Positions 11,826-23,630 of a stretch of DNA of 64,000 nt are shown piece after piece. Made by a program: the position numbers and the translations under genes. Positions within the stretch are counted from its first letter, which is position 1. Each line of letters opens with the position of its first letter. The notes below the pieces were generated by a model that made no database searches, was not told where the DNA came from, and worked only from the letters and a program-made list of their open reading frames with translations. This stretch comes from Eledone cirrhosa (Eukaryota): positions 94,488,001 to 94,552,000 of the forward strand of contig OZ024743.1 of NCBI GenBank assembly GCA_964016885.1, written 5' to 3'.

Positions 11826-12679
11826 AACCAATAAACGTAATGAAGGAGTAACCAATCGTCCTTGTTATCTTATTTAACTATAATACACTCTGTCTAGCTC
11901 TACACCTCGATACTGAAGTGAATCTAAACATCGAGTGCTCAACCGGGTGAACCCACAGTAACTCTAAGTTACACTCCCTGGATATATATATATACATTCA
12001 TTGCAGTTTCCAGGTAAATTAGAAGTAGTATTTAACATTTAAACCAAGCTTAAAATTCCTTTTTTTGCTTTTTTAAAAATATAAATAATGCGTGGGATTT
12101 ACAAAAAACAAAACTGGATCTTAATCGTTAATTTGATTTTCGACTGGTTCGTTATTTCTCAAAATAGAAAGTATAGAATGCAGTACATTTTGTTGGTAGA
12201 AGGTTCACTGAACAAATGAATTCGTAGCGAAAATATTAGAAACTGTGGCAATTTTTTTCCCGCCGGTTGTGATAGTTGTTTCTTGATTTCAGGTTTTTGA
12301 TTCACAGCAGAGATATACAAAAATTTAGCTCGAAAACGTAAGTCTTAAGGACTGCATATGAAAAGTTTGTAACACAGCATGAAGCTCGTATCCACTTCAT
12401 TTGCTTTTGTCGATTCTTTGCATTTCGCCTGAAAATTAAGGGCACACGTGTCTGTGAAATGCTCAGCTACTTGCGCATTAAATTCATGAGAGGATTATTC
12501 CATTGTTCAAACAAAAGGAATACCCATCGTCGTAATCGTCAAAGGTTTACCCACTATCCACTATGCTGGAAAAAATGAGTTTCTATCTGTAATTTAAAGG
12601 GCCAGCCTTGTCACGCACAGTCTCGCCGACTCTCCTCGAGTACTTCGTTAAGGGTAGATGTATCCCAAACATTTACACT

Positions 12680-13110
12680 ACAATGGTTTTTGATTTAGGC
12701 ACAAGGTCAACAATTTGGGGGGAGAGGAAAGTCGAATAAATCGACCTCAGTTCGTTATGGTACTTTATTCTATCGACCCCATAAGGATGAAAAGCAAAAC
12801 TGACCTCAGCGGGATTTGAACATAGAAGGTAAAGGGCCGTAACTATATGCCACAAAGCATGTTGTCTTATGTTCTACCGATACTGACATTCCACCCTCTA
12901 ACCATTGACACTATAATTGTTTCTATTTTTGGCGCAAGGCTAGCAATTACCCTAGTTCATTACTGATGCTTTATTTTATCGATGCCGTAAGCATGAAAGA
13001 CAAAGTTAACCTCGGCGGGATTTGAACTCAGACCGTAAAGGGCCATAACTCCATGTTTCAAAGCATGGCGTCCGACCCTCTACCAATACTGCCAATCCAC
13101 CATTTACACT
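12680..13110 (-). mobile_element. Two tandem copies of Octopus-type SINE
   Basis: Reverse complement of SINE body (GGATTTGAACTCAG, AAAGTTAACCTCGGCGG). Confidence 0.75.
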
Positions 13111-14122
13111 ATAATAGAAGATGAACTGTATTTCAAAGGACCAGTCTTGTTATATACTGTGTCATGTTATATCTCCTCGAGAACTACGTTAAGTTACACG
13201 TGTCGCTAGAATGCCCTGTCACATGCACTAGAATTTAATGAGCAGGTTGTTCCGTTGATTGAAAACAGCCTGGAAAACTTATCTTCAGAACCGATGGAGC
13301 CCCAACACACCGTTTGAGGCGCTAGCCCTTTATCGGAGAAGAATAGGAGAAAAAATAGAAAAAATAAGAAAAAATTGACGAAAAAGTGAAGAGAAGAGGA
13401 CAAAAGGAAGTAGGAACATGAAGTGGAATAACAGGAGGAAAAGAAAAAGATGAGAAAAGTAAAAGAAATGGTGACGGAGGATTGGTGCAGAGTCAGAACA
13501 GTTCAAAATGTTCACCAAGTTGAGGTGCACACTGCATTTGTATGGCGTGGTAATATTTTGGGTGAGACATGCATATATTTTGGTAGGCTGTGGTTCTTCA
13601 GAATAGGCGTATATACCAATAATGATTTCTAGTATATTTTTATGATTTCTAGTATGTATATATCAATAATAATTTTATTTCGTAGCAGAGTTATATAAAC
13701 ATATAGAACAAGGAATCAGCATTGAAAAGGACTATAAATACTAAAAATGAGAGAAAAAGGAGGGGAAGAGCAAGGACTACTAGACAAATGAAGAAAGAAA
13801 GAGTATATACTATTTTATATACTAGCTTTGTCCGATCATGGCGAGGCGGGTTGTTTTTGTTGGGTGTAGTGATGGAACGGTATGGCATAAAAAAAAGTTG
13901 AAAAACTCTGATATGTTACAGCGTAATCTGAAGATAATCTAGAATGGTGTCCAGGTAAAGCTCCAGAGTCGACGTTAGAGTTCCGGTTTCGATTTAGGAG
14001 GATGTCCACGTAAGAATTTAGTATAAAGTGTGAAGTCAACAAAAATATAGAAATACGTAAAATCAAACACAGGGAACAATATGTATATATCTATATGTAT
14101 GTGTTTACACACACACACACAT

Positions 14123-14159
<37 letters not shown>

Positions 14160-14436
14160 GTTGAAAATGAATGAACAAAACATAGGGGGCAATTATACAC
14201 AGTTATATTAGGTTCACGCTATATATACATATATATATATTTCGTTTCTGAATTTGTTTAGCAAGATTCTTTATCTGAAAACGTGTGTCGAAACCGATAT
14301 TGTTATACTTTGGGAGGGTCATGTTGCCAATAAGAAACACACGCACCAGTTGCTTTCACTTCAATTTATTATAAATAAAATTTATAAATTTCCGGTTGGT
14401 TGGTTGGTTCCACAACCAGACGATTGTTCATATATT

Positions 14437-14479
14437 GTCAAAGTTCTTTCGTCACACATTCTGTGACTTCTTCAGTGAC
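14437..14479 (-). ncRNA. Minimal type-I hammerhead ribozyme-like motif
   Basis: GTCA-CTGAAGA-A-GTCAC-AGAATGT-GTGAC-GAAA-GAAC-TT-TGAC: stem I GTCA/TGAC, stem II GTCAC/GTGAC, minimal stem III. Confidence 0.65.
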
Positions 14480-15078
14480 TGGGGATTCTTTTCTTTGTTT
14501 TTGTGCCTCTCCTTTGTTCTGTCCTACGCCATCTTGTCTTTGTGTGTGTTGTGTGCTTAGTTTGCGCATGTGTTACATCCGGGTGTTTGTGTGTGTTTAT
14601 ATTTGTTTATTTATTTGTTTATTTACATGTTACTGGTTGGTTGTTTGTTCTATGTGTGTGTGTGTTTTCATTTTGTCCTTAATTGTAAGTTGTGATGTTG
14701 CTATTCCATTCATGCTTTCTATTTAATTTTGGTTGGAGTTCATTTATGTTTATTGCCTCTGTGATTTGTCTAAACATTGCGTCTTTTCTGTGTGTAGATT
14801 CTATTTTTATTTTTATGTTCTTTAATTTACCCTTATGTTCTATTTTAGCATGTTGGTATATATATATATATGTATATATATATATTCACCGTCTTGGGTC
14901 CTATTCCCCTCTTGGACTCAACTCACCTCCCAAATTTCTCTAATACCCTGTCCATTATCAAACTACTAGATTCCTATCGCTTTCTCTTTGCTCATAGCTT
15001 CGTACTTACATGCACACACACACTCTTTTACTCACATATACACACATATCTCTTCTTAGGTTCCTACGGACCTATAAT

Positions 15079-15256
<178 letters not shown>

Positions 15257-15468
15257 AATATATATATATATATATATAAATATATATGTGAATATATATA
15301 TATGAAGAATCTTCTGTTATCTTGGCGATTTAATTTTCTTCCTAACGCATTGTTCGGTTTTCAAAATTATTTAAATATATATATATATAAAAATGTATAA
15401 TGGTAGCTAAGATGCTTCCATGGGTGGTATGCCGGTTGAGCACTCTATGCTTCTACGGAGCAGAGTAT

Positions 15469-15786
15469 TATAGAATGGAAAACGAAAAATCAGTGATGCA
15501 TCGGAACTCAATTTATTGTGCGTTACAATTGTTTCCCCGGCGAACAGCTCGAGGTGCGACCATGTGTGGATCTACCTGACTCTAGTCTCGCAGGTTCCTC
15601 GGACACGTCTATTGATTTCGGATCATAGAAAGAGGATACGATCCGAAATCAATAGACGTGTCCAATGAGCCTGCGAGACTAGAGTCAGGTAGATCCACAC
15701 ATGGTCGCACCTCGAGCTGTTCGCCGGGGAAACAATTGTAACACACAATAAATTGTGTTCCGATGCATCACTGATTTTTCGTTCTC

Positions 15787-15795
<9 letters not shown>
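15469..15795. mobile_element. Foldback element, ~155-bp inverted arms (15469-15624 / 15640-15795), degenerate hammerhead, ends in (TA)n
   Basis: Near-perfect palindrome; GTGT-CCAATGA...GAAAC-AATT-GTA-ACAC then AATAAA and a short tail. Confidence 0.75.
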
Positions 15796-15845
<50 letters not shown>

Positions 15846-16357
15846 TATAGAGAAAATTGAGGTTGGTAATGGCACATGGAATATATAAGAGACAGAATAC
15901 TTTTTTGTGAAAAATCATAATTTTATAAGGTAAGGAAATAATAAAGGGTATAAAAAATGACCGGTTTCGATGGGTCTGCAAAAGCCATCTTTTCAAATGT
16001 TGATTAATATTAAGAAAAATTAATAATACGAAGAGTTAAAATTTGAGACTTGAAAATTCAAGTATAAAATTCATTGTGGGATTTCATAGCAGTTTTCATC
16101 TAGGTAGCAACAACAGGTTGACTGCTGTGTCCCTTTCTGGTAGTGAATGAGAAGTTATTTGGGGTGTGGGTTATTTTATAAAGGTCAGATTTAGCAATCA
16201 CCAACTGGCCAGCTGCTGGTCAGTGAGGGGGTGGAAGCAATATACATACACATATCTTCCTGTGGTGGATAGGAGAGTGGAGCGTGATAGAAAGGGATTT
16301 AGTGCACTTACACCTATATATACACACATACCTTCATCCACACATACATACATATAC

Positions 16358-16400
<43 letters not shown>

Positions 16401-16463
16401 CACACATACATACACACACACATACATATACATACACACATACACACACACATATATACACAT

Positions 16464-16512
<49 letters not shown>

Positions 16513-16542
16513 TATATATATACATACACATACATCCAGATA

Positions 16543-16600
<58 letters not shown>

Positions 16601-16603
16601 CAC

Positions 16604-16637
<34 letters not shown>

Positions 16638-18164
16638 CCCCACACATACATACACGCACACACACATATATATATACATACACACATACAAACATACACA
16701 CACACACACATATATATACACACATACACACACACATATATACACACACACACACACATACGCATATATATATATATATACACATACGCATACATCCAAA
16801 TACCCACATACATACACACACACACACACACACGCACACACAATACATACATCCACATGCACACACATACACACACACACACATATACACATACATACAC
16901 CCACACACAGAGAAATGGCCTTCAAATATATATATATATATATATATACATACAGACACATATATTTTTTCCATAATATAAGAAGTTGGGGCAGTGAAAT
17001 TAAAATACAAGTCATTCTGATCACATTGAGTTCTTCATGTAGATTGGGCCCCGCAACTGACAGTGGTGAATTCTGTGTGCGCATATATATATAGATATAT
17101 GTGTGTGCACGTGCAGGGTTTAACATGGATGTGTTGGTCACACAAAGGCATGGTCTGTCAATGAATAAACCTGATTCTACAGAATTGGTCTCTGGTCTTT
17201 AATAGTAGTGATTCCGTGCGTATGTGTGTTTATATTTTATGACAATTCTATTGGGGTGATAACCCGTTTAGTTTTGGTTTAAATTTGTTAAGGAATAGAT
17301 TTTCTTTGTTTATTCTTTGTTGCTGTGTGAACGAATCTGAGCACTTGTAGAAGGGGAAGATTTTAAAGTTGGGTAGTGTCATTCCTGCGCAGTTCGCAAT
17401 ATGGCTGCTCAAGGGGATTTTTCTTGTGTTAGCGTCCCGGATTTGTTGGCGGTGGATGGTCATTCTTTTGCGTAATGAGGTGCCAGTCTGTCCTATGTAG
17501 TTGTGTTTGCACCCACCGCAAGTTATTGCGTAAATCAAGTTCTCCGAGTTGCAGGTGAAATTGTTTTTTACTGTAAATGTTTGGCCATCTTTGAATGTAA
17601 ATGTTTGTCCTTCAGTGAGGTAGAGGCACGTTCCACAGTTTGTTCTACCACATTTGGTAACTGTAGGGTTGAGGATTGGTTTGGGTATATTTGGTCCAGT
17701 GAGAATGCGTTTAAGTGATTTGGGTTGTCTTTTACTTTTAAGGATCTTGTGTGTTTCAAGAATAGACTTCATTTTTACATCTTTAAGTAGGATGGGGAGG
17801 TTTTTGTGTAGGTGATCAAACATTTCGGTATTTCTGGGGTTGAAATATGGATACATATGGCAGGGTGTTGAGTGTGGTTTTCTGTTTTGGATTGTTAAGT
17901 TGATGGGGATTTAGGTGTTTTGCCCTGTCTATTCCATTGTTGATTATTTCAAGTGGAAAGGCTCTTAAGATAAGGGTGTCTTTTAGTTCCTTTAGTATTT
18001 GCTCCCGTTTAGGTGGACCTGATACTATGGTACATATACGTTTGGCCAAATTGTAAGGAATGTTAAGTTTTGTATGTTTTGGGTGACTTGATGTGAAAAA
18101 GAGGTATTGCTTGGAATCTGTGGGTTTATAGAATGTGCCATTACCAACCTCAATTTTCTCTATA
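15846..18164 (-). mobile_element. Penelope-like element, 5'-truncated (RT thumb + CxxC linker + GIY-YIG endonuclease)
   Basis: ORFs 17816-18130 (YKPTDSKQYL..SSHP) and 17248-17856 (KCGRTNCGTC, NLIYAITCGGCKHNYIGQT, R..H); 32-bp terminal inverted repeat; degenerate hammerhead near 15955-16000; long (CA/TA) tract 16315-16960 inside. Confidence 0.9.
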
Positions 18165-18200
18165 ACCTTCGTTTTGTGTAGAAAATTACACTTTTCATAC

Positions 18201-18239
<39 letters not shown>

Positions 18240-19320
18240 CATCTGCGCGCGTTGTGTGTGTGTATGTGTGTGGAGTCTTACACGCGTAATTGAATGAGTT
18301 GAAAAACTTCAATAAATTGACAGTATCCTTGCAATTAGGAATCGAAGCCTCCCACCTTGTATTTGCTGTAAAAAAATAAAAAATAAAATAACACACCAAT
18401 CAAGGGAGATGACTCCGAAAATATCTAAATGTATGGAAAATAAAATTTTGCTTTTAGAAGTGAATTTAGACTTTAAATTCAACTGATGAATTCAATATGC
18501 ACGTTTTGATCTGATTCGATCTCATCAACGAAGTATATATACCTTCGTTTTCTAGGGTTTCAAGTGATCAATCATATAATATAGAGTAATTGCCGTGAAG
18601 ATTCAATATTATACAATGTGGAACAACGTTGGGGCCTTTGACAAGTACAGTTCATCCGACGGGCTTGGAAACAGTTTCCGTCTACCCAGATTCACTTAGA
18701 AGTCTTGGGCCGTGACACATCTATGGTACATGACACCCAATGTGTGGCGCACTAGTATCGAACCCGAGTGGTGATGCTGCCTCCGCCAGTCAAGAATGGG
18801 TAGAGGGAAAATAGAATAGAGAAAATAGCAGAAAATGTAGAAAGAGTAGCTAAATGTTATATTGTTAACAATTACCTCCCTTTACCTCTGGGATTGACTT
18901 TGACAGTACCAGTGATGTATTCGTGTCGATTTTTTGTGGCTCTACTCTATCCAAAATATATGTAACTTTCTGTCAATCTTATACATTCCACTCTATATCT
19001 ACTCTCATCTAACAACTCAACCTCTTCCTCTTTCCCCTCTTCGTCGTCGTCGTTCCCTCCTCCTCATCATCATTATCATCATCCTCATCATCATCATCAT
19101 CAACTTGATACTTCTTTATGATGTTGATTTGTCTCCACTAGGCATAAGGCTGTATATCAAGGCAGGCCGTACAATCGATCCCAGTTCATAGTTTAGCCAT
19201 TACGGAAATAGGAAATAAGATATAGAAAATAAACTTCATTACATTTAAACACATTAAATACTTCAACGTTTTTAATCCGGTGCATTAAAGTTTTATTCAG
19301 ATTATCTCCTTCATTGTATA

Positions 19321-19850
19321 ACAGGGTTTCTCAAACTTTGTACTTGAGACGTGGCATAGTCGCGGAACTCGCGAGAGTGGACCCGTAGTGTGATACGGCG
19401 TTTCTATGGCATTTTAAAACCTGACGGAGCCCATCTCCTCTCCAGGTCTGAATACAGCTGATTTTTTCGGAAACGATAGAGTGAGAGGATGGCAGTCAAA
19501 AAGAGATATGGAAGAAGAATCGACCCCAGTACTACACTGGTGCTTTTGTATCGACACGGAATGGATAAAAGGCCAAGTTGACCTCGGTGATATTTGAACA
19601 CAGAAAGCAGAGAGCCGAAACGAACACCACAAAGCATTCTATTCGACGTTCTAATGATTCTAATTAACCCCCTTTTGCACTTGAAAAACCCTTTTTAAAT
19701 TCTATCCCTAAACAAATCAACAATTCATTTAAATATCTTGTTTGTTTTGAACGGGTTATTCATGAACGATATAGCACACGTGTTCAGTGTTCATCACACC
19801 TAATACCGCACTGTGCTAGGTGTCGATATCTAGCAGCTAGTCTACATAAT
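19321..19850. mobile_element. Old dispersed repeat starting CAGGGTTTCTCAAACT (hAT-like terminus), interrupted by SINE-derived DNA; diverged copy at ~51390-51585
   Basis: Shared blocks TATAACAGGG..TCTCAAA..TTTGTACTTGA and TGTTCAT.ACACCTAATA..GCA.TGTGCTAG...TAGTCTACAT. Confidence 0.4.
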
Positions 19851-20046
19851 CATCGTTTTGCTTTTTGTTTCTCCTGTTATAAAGGATTAAATATGATAAA
19901 CGATTAAATCCCTGAGTTTTTCATTCACTCCTGACAAATTTTCTCCGTAATATATTCCGTTGATCCAGGTTGTCCTGCTTAACAATTGTACGTTTAAGGG
20001 CATTTAGGTTTCAAAAGAAGTCAATTATTATCGCCTTCAATTAATT

Positions 20047-20135
<89 letters not shown>

Positions 20136-20317
20136 AATATATTACACAGAGCGAAGTGTGTTACACAGTGAGAAGTGTGTAAAAAATTATTACATGTGAG
20201 TTTAACCGTTACTGTATGGAGAACAATACCTTCAGGTTAGCAATTAAATAGAAAAAAACTAAGTCAGAATCAAATCTCTGAAGTAGAGTTTTAAATTACT
20301 AACCTTATAACTATAAG

Positions 20318-20393
20318 CTTGCTGATACGAATTTAGTTCGTTTCACCACAGAAATGTGTGGTGTAACAGCCCATAGGATCCTCAGTCAGCAAG
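20318..20393 (-). ncRNA. Type-I hammerhead ribozyme
   Basis: Stem I CTTGCTGA/TCAGCAAG (8 bp perfect), core CTGAGGA, stem II ACCAC/GTGGT after a ~16-nt insert, GAAA, stem III ACGAA/TTCGT, cleavage triplet GTA. Confidence 0.8.
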
Positions 20394-20495
20394 TATGGGT
20401 GCTGTTCACGACACATCTAGCCTAATGGATAGAGAGAAAGCTATTAAACAACCTGCCCAGAATAGGGCGAAATATATATATATATATATATATAT

Positions 20496-22889
20496 AAATT
20501 AATAAAAACAATGAAATAAAAACAAATAACAAGTTCTTTATATTAAAAAAATCATCATCTTACGATCGTTTCTAGGATGTATGTGTGTTGGTATGTATAT
20601 CATATAGATCTATGTAAAAATATTACAAATTATCAGAGGAAATATACATACCTTCACATATACATGCTGTCTTCAGAAATGATGAGATTTGTTTATTGAA
20701 AAAAACCAACAAAGATTTAATATAAAAGGTCTGTTTGGGAACAGGTTTTGAATTGACCAATAGAAAAGTAGTTAGAGGTCAAGTTGATAGAATAGTAGTA
20801 GTAGAAATTTAATTTAGGGGTAGAGGAGTGCAGACTTATGTTTTGAATGAAAAGAATACTTTGAAAGAAAAGAATACTTTGGGGATGAAAAGAGGTCAAG
20901 CCAATGAAGGATGCACGAAAATTTGATGTTATTAAAGAATAATGTTAAAAACCAAGGAAAATAAAATTTTAGGGTAAGGGTATTAGTGAGAAATACCAAT
21001 CTTATTTAAACCACAAGGAATCTAGATCTATAACAAGAAATTATATTAATTGATAGGTATACTTATAGGGATAAATTCATATTAATTCATATGAATGTGA
21101 TAAATAAGAATTAGATGTTATAAACGAAGGGAAGTAACATTTTGGGATAAGGATAGTAGTGAGAAATACCAATCTTATATAGACTACAAGGAATCTAGAT
21201 TCATAACAGGAAATTAAATTAATTTATATGTATATTTTAGGTATTAATTTTAGGAAAAGAGAGCTGTAAGAGGGAAATAAAATTATGAAGTTCTCTGTAG
21301 TAAAGTACTAATTATAGGTTAACTAAATTAAAAAAACTAATTATGATAATATGTAAAATATAAGTGTAAGGTGTATATTAATTAGGTTTATAATATTTGA
21401 AGGTTCTTCTAATTCTATGATTGCAAGATATAATTAATTCCTGTCGCTTATTTAATAGGATATCCTTAGATTTCATTATTTCAAAAAGTTCCTGGGAGCA
21501 TAACCTACACTCCTATCTGTTATTTTGATAAGGGGGTGGTCCTTTTGAGGACACTCCAGGTCAGGTTGTAATCGATATTCTTCTTTCTATAATTATTAAT
21601 TGTTTCAGCCAAGGATGTTGTATTAGCTAATGCGGCATTTTAAAAACTATGTTTGTTGGTATTAAATCTTATTTTAAATTGGTTAGACGTAGCTCCTATC
21701 TATATATGAATAAGTGGAGTCCTTAGTGCTAATTTTACATTTATAGACTATGTTATTAATAAGACAATTTCCCTTTAATGGGCAATTTCTTTTGATTCTA
21801 CAGTTACAACCATTCGTGAATATTATATCAGGGGAGTTAGTCAAATTTGGTGTGGAATTTACTCGACTTGTTATAGGTGAAGGAGATGGTGGTTTGTTGC
21901 GGTTTATTTTAGTATTATGGTTGGTTTGATGTGTTGGTGGTATATTTGTGTTTTTATTTACATTTATATGCATTGTACGCAATTATATTTTATTGTATAT
22001 TTTTGGTAGTGGAGTAGGAAAATTTGACAGTTGATCTATTTAAAATTTGATGGTATTTATCGTTTGGCGGGAAGTTTTTCTCTAGGATAGTAAAAAATTT
22101 TTAGGGATATTATCTTTAATTTGTAGATTAAATGGAGCATTATACCAAGTAACCCGTCTAATACGGTTTCGATATTGTTTTTTATATTTATACGATGTAT
22201 CAGGATGTTTACTAAGAGAGTTAGTATTAGTGAATTTATTATATATAAGTTTAGTTAGATTAACTGATTTAGGTGTTTTAGTCTGATTACTAGGAATTTT
22301 GTTAGTAACGTTGTTAACATATATTGGAGTATTAGGATTAATGGTTTTTTGAAAGTCATTATATTTTATGTGAGAAGAGGTAGAGAAATTAAGTTTTAGG
22401 TTGGTAATTTTGGGTGTAGTATGAGTGGCCTTTAGGTGTGGGTTTTTCATTTGGTGTTTGTTAGTAATATTGGGTTGTATGTTTGAAATATTATTGGTAC
22501 AAGGTATATAGACAAATTTGTTTTTGTGGCCGCTTCTAGCTAAAGCTTCGTTATAAAAGGGCGCGTTTTTATCGAATACATCCTGGTTAGATGAAAGGTT
22601 AGAGATTCTGAGTGAGATATTATATGCTAGGTTTTTAAGGATAGATCTAGGGTGATTGGATTGTGAGTGTATGTAATGTAAGTTTTGGTTAGGTTTATGG
22701 TAAGGTTGGTAGATACCCGTAGATAAGTCTAAAGTTATATCTAGGAAATTGACTATTTTACTGGTGTTTTCAAATGTAATAGTGAGATTGTAATAGTCTT
22801 TGAGGAAAGTTCTAAGTTTATTATTTTTTTCAATTTGAGGCTAAGTTTAGTGGAAAGAAGAAGACAGTCATCACGATATAAACCACCTT
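20496..22889 (-). mobile_element. Decayed Penelope-like element (CxCx5C linker type, probably Hydra clade)
   Basis: GGLYRDDCL at ~22860-22887, WYNAPF (22082-22450), CNCRIKRNCPLKGNCLINNIVYKC (21683-21982); (TA)n both sides. Confidence 0.82.
20553..20684 (-). ncRNA. Type-I hammerhead ribozyme with extended stem II (3' end of PLE 20496-22889)
   Basis: Stem I CATCATTT/AGATGATG, core CTGAAGA, stem II includes GGTATGTATAT/ATATACATACC, GAAAC-GATC-GTA with palindromic loop. Confidence 0.82.
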
Positions 22890-22917
22890 ATATATATATA
22901 TATTTAATATAGAAAAG

Positions 22918-22966
22918 GCTTCTACAGGACTAGAACTGTTTCATTCGCGAGAAATCATCAGGAAGC
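22918..22966 (-). ncRNA. Compact type-I hammerhead ribozyme
   Basis: GCTTC-CTGATGA-TTTC-TCGC-GAAT-GAAA-CAG-TTCTAGTC-CTG-TA-GAAGC: stem I GCTTC/GAAGC, stem III ACAG/CTGT. Confidence 0.82.
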
Positions 22967-23023
22967 TCTGCTTTGTATTGAGTACCTTATTTTCTGTGGT
23001 TACCCCCGATTGAACCCGGGATA

Positions 23024-23157
<134 letters not shown>

Positions 23158-23630
23158 GCACACACACCAGGAGACAAAAGAAGAATTATATTTTTTTCAA
23201 AATCAACCATTACTCTAAAAATAGATCTTTGACTGACCGACGGTCAAAAATATTACAGATACAATATAGACATAAACACATATATATAGTTTACATAATT
23301 TACATAAATCTTTCGTTGCACATCTGCAACATCGTCAGTGGTGTTATATATTTTTTCCTCCTGTTGTGTTGTATGTCTACGCCATTTTTTATTCAGTCTG
23401 TCTATATATTTATTTATTTATTTGCTTGTTTGTTTATTTTATTTTGTCTTCTTTGCGCATGCGTTTGCGTGTGTGTATAGTGTTATGTTTGCTGTGTGAC
23501 TAGTGTGTATAGTGTTGTGTCTGCTGGGTGACTAGTGTGTGTTTATGTGCTTGTTGTTATTGTGCTTGTGTATGTATTTATTTATCTTATTTTATTTTAT
23601 TTTATTATATATTTATTTTATTATATATAT

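Noticed and set aside
16166-17141. Long overlapping ORFs of 190-275 aa
   Set aside because: Translations of (CA)/(TA) microsatellite (HT/YI/CV repeats); same for similar ORFs at 4450, 9576, 10202, 14870, 28391, 34944, 44431, 47272.
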